This document shows, in pieces, positions 19,149 to 20,000 of a stretch of 20,000 bases of DNA. The translations under genes and the position numbers were made by a program. The stretch's first letter is position 1; every line of letters starts with the position of its first letter. The stretch is from Emiliania huxleyi CCMP1516. Taxonomy: Eukaryota. The notes under the pieces were generated by a model. That model saw only the letters and a program-made list of their open reading frames with translations, searched no databases and had not been told where the DNA came from. Location of the stretch: positions 427,238-447,237 of the forward strand of contig NW_005201912.1 of assembly GCF_000372725.1 (NCBI RefSeq). The letters run 5' to 3'.

Positions 19149-19860
19149 ATGGTGAGCCCGCCCCAGCGGGCGGCAGTCGGGGAGGGCGGGACGGGCGGGG
19201 TGGAGCGGGGGGGTGGCGGTGGAGGCCTCGTCCGGCCGCGCCACGCTCTCGGGTCTGACGGCGCCCTGCCGTCGGACGCAGGTTCGCATGAGCGTGCTGA
19301 ACGACTGCCTCCGCAGCATCTTCAATGCGGAGAAGCGCGGCAAGCGCCAGGTGCTCGTCCGTCCCGTGTCCAAGGTGATCGTCAAGTTCCTGCAGCAGAT
19401 GATGAAGCACGGTGCGCTGCGCCCCGCTTGGGAGGGGGGGGGAGCAGAGGCGACGTGCTGGGCGGGCGTGGCGGCGTGCCGGCCGGCTAGCCCGTGCCGC
19501 CGTGCGTCGATAGTCCACAGCGGCTGCGAAAGGGGGTCCAGCATCGCGCCACGAGCGGCACCTTTCCCTCATGCGGCGAACGGGCGCCTCGCGGCGGATC
19601 AACGGCTCTGATTTTGTGTTTGGGCGCCGACCCCGGGCGTGAGAGGCGCCCCCTTGCCCCCCTCTCAGGCTACATCGGCGAGTTTGAGATTGTGGACGAC
19701 CACCGGTCGGGCAAGATCGTGGTCGAGCTGATCGGGCGCATCAACAAGTGCGGCGTCATCTCGCCGCGCTTCGACGTCTGCCACAACGAGATTGAGCAGT
19801 GGGTTGTCAACCTGCTGCCTGCGCGCCAGTTCGGTCACATCATCCTGTCGACGTCGCTCG
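19149..19860 (+). CDS. RPS15A: 40S ribosomal protein S15a (uS8). Exons 19149-19151, 19282-19411, 19669-19860; continues beyond the window
   Basis: [81 protein letters not shown]...[15 protein letters not shown]; canonical GT-AG introns. Confidence 0.97.
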
Positions 19861-20000
19861 GTGCACCTCCCCCCGGTCCCCCCCCCCACCCCTACCTCCC
19901 TCGGGCTCCCCATCCCAGCCCCTGCCGCCCTCACCGCCCTATCAGTGCCCCTCCCCACAGGCCTCTTCCCTCCCCCAGCACCACCACCACCACCACCACC

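Noticed and set aside
19412..19668. Intronic snoRNA in RPS15A intron 2
   Set aside because: A CTGA is present but there is no C box (RTGATGA) or H/ACA layout.

Overview
GC-rich, intron-rich eukaryotic genomic DNA. Frequent GC-AG introns filled with GGGAGATATG/ATCTCGG-type repeats suggest a haptophyte such as Emiliania/Gephyrocapsa huxleyi (inference). From left to right the window holds: (1) a 7-exon minus-strand GH1 beta-glucosidase-like gene whose acid/base motif is TLHAP instead of TxNEP; (2) a CRE-like non-LTR retrotransposon whose reverse transcriptase is broken by an internal inversion, with the first half on the minus strand and the QG/xADD/thumb half on the plus strand, and whose ORF carries an RNase H1-type hybrid-binding domain, zinc fingers and a possible signal peptide plus (ATAS)n tract; (3) a cluster of dispersed repeats including a 798-bp element with perfect 53-bp terminal inverted repeats; (4) an intronless nucleotide-sugar transporter; (5) a 3-exon HET-domain-like gene; (6) an SDR oxidoreductase bracketed by 58-bp direct repeats; (7) an orphan terminal exon; (8) the first three exons of RPS15a. 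All calls were made by eye from motifs; no searches were run.
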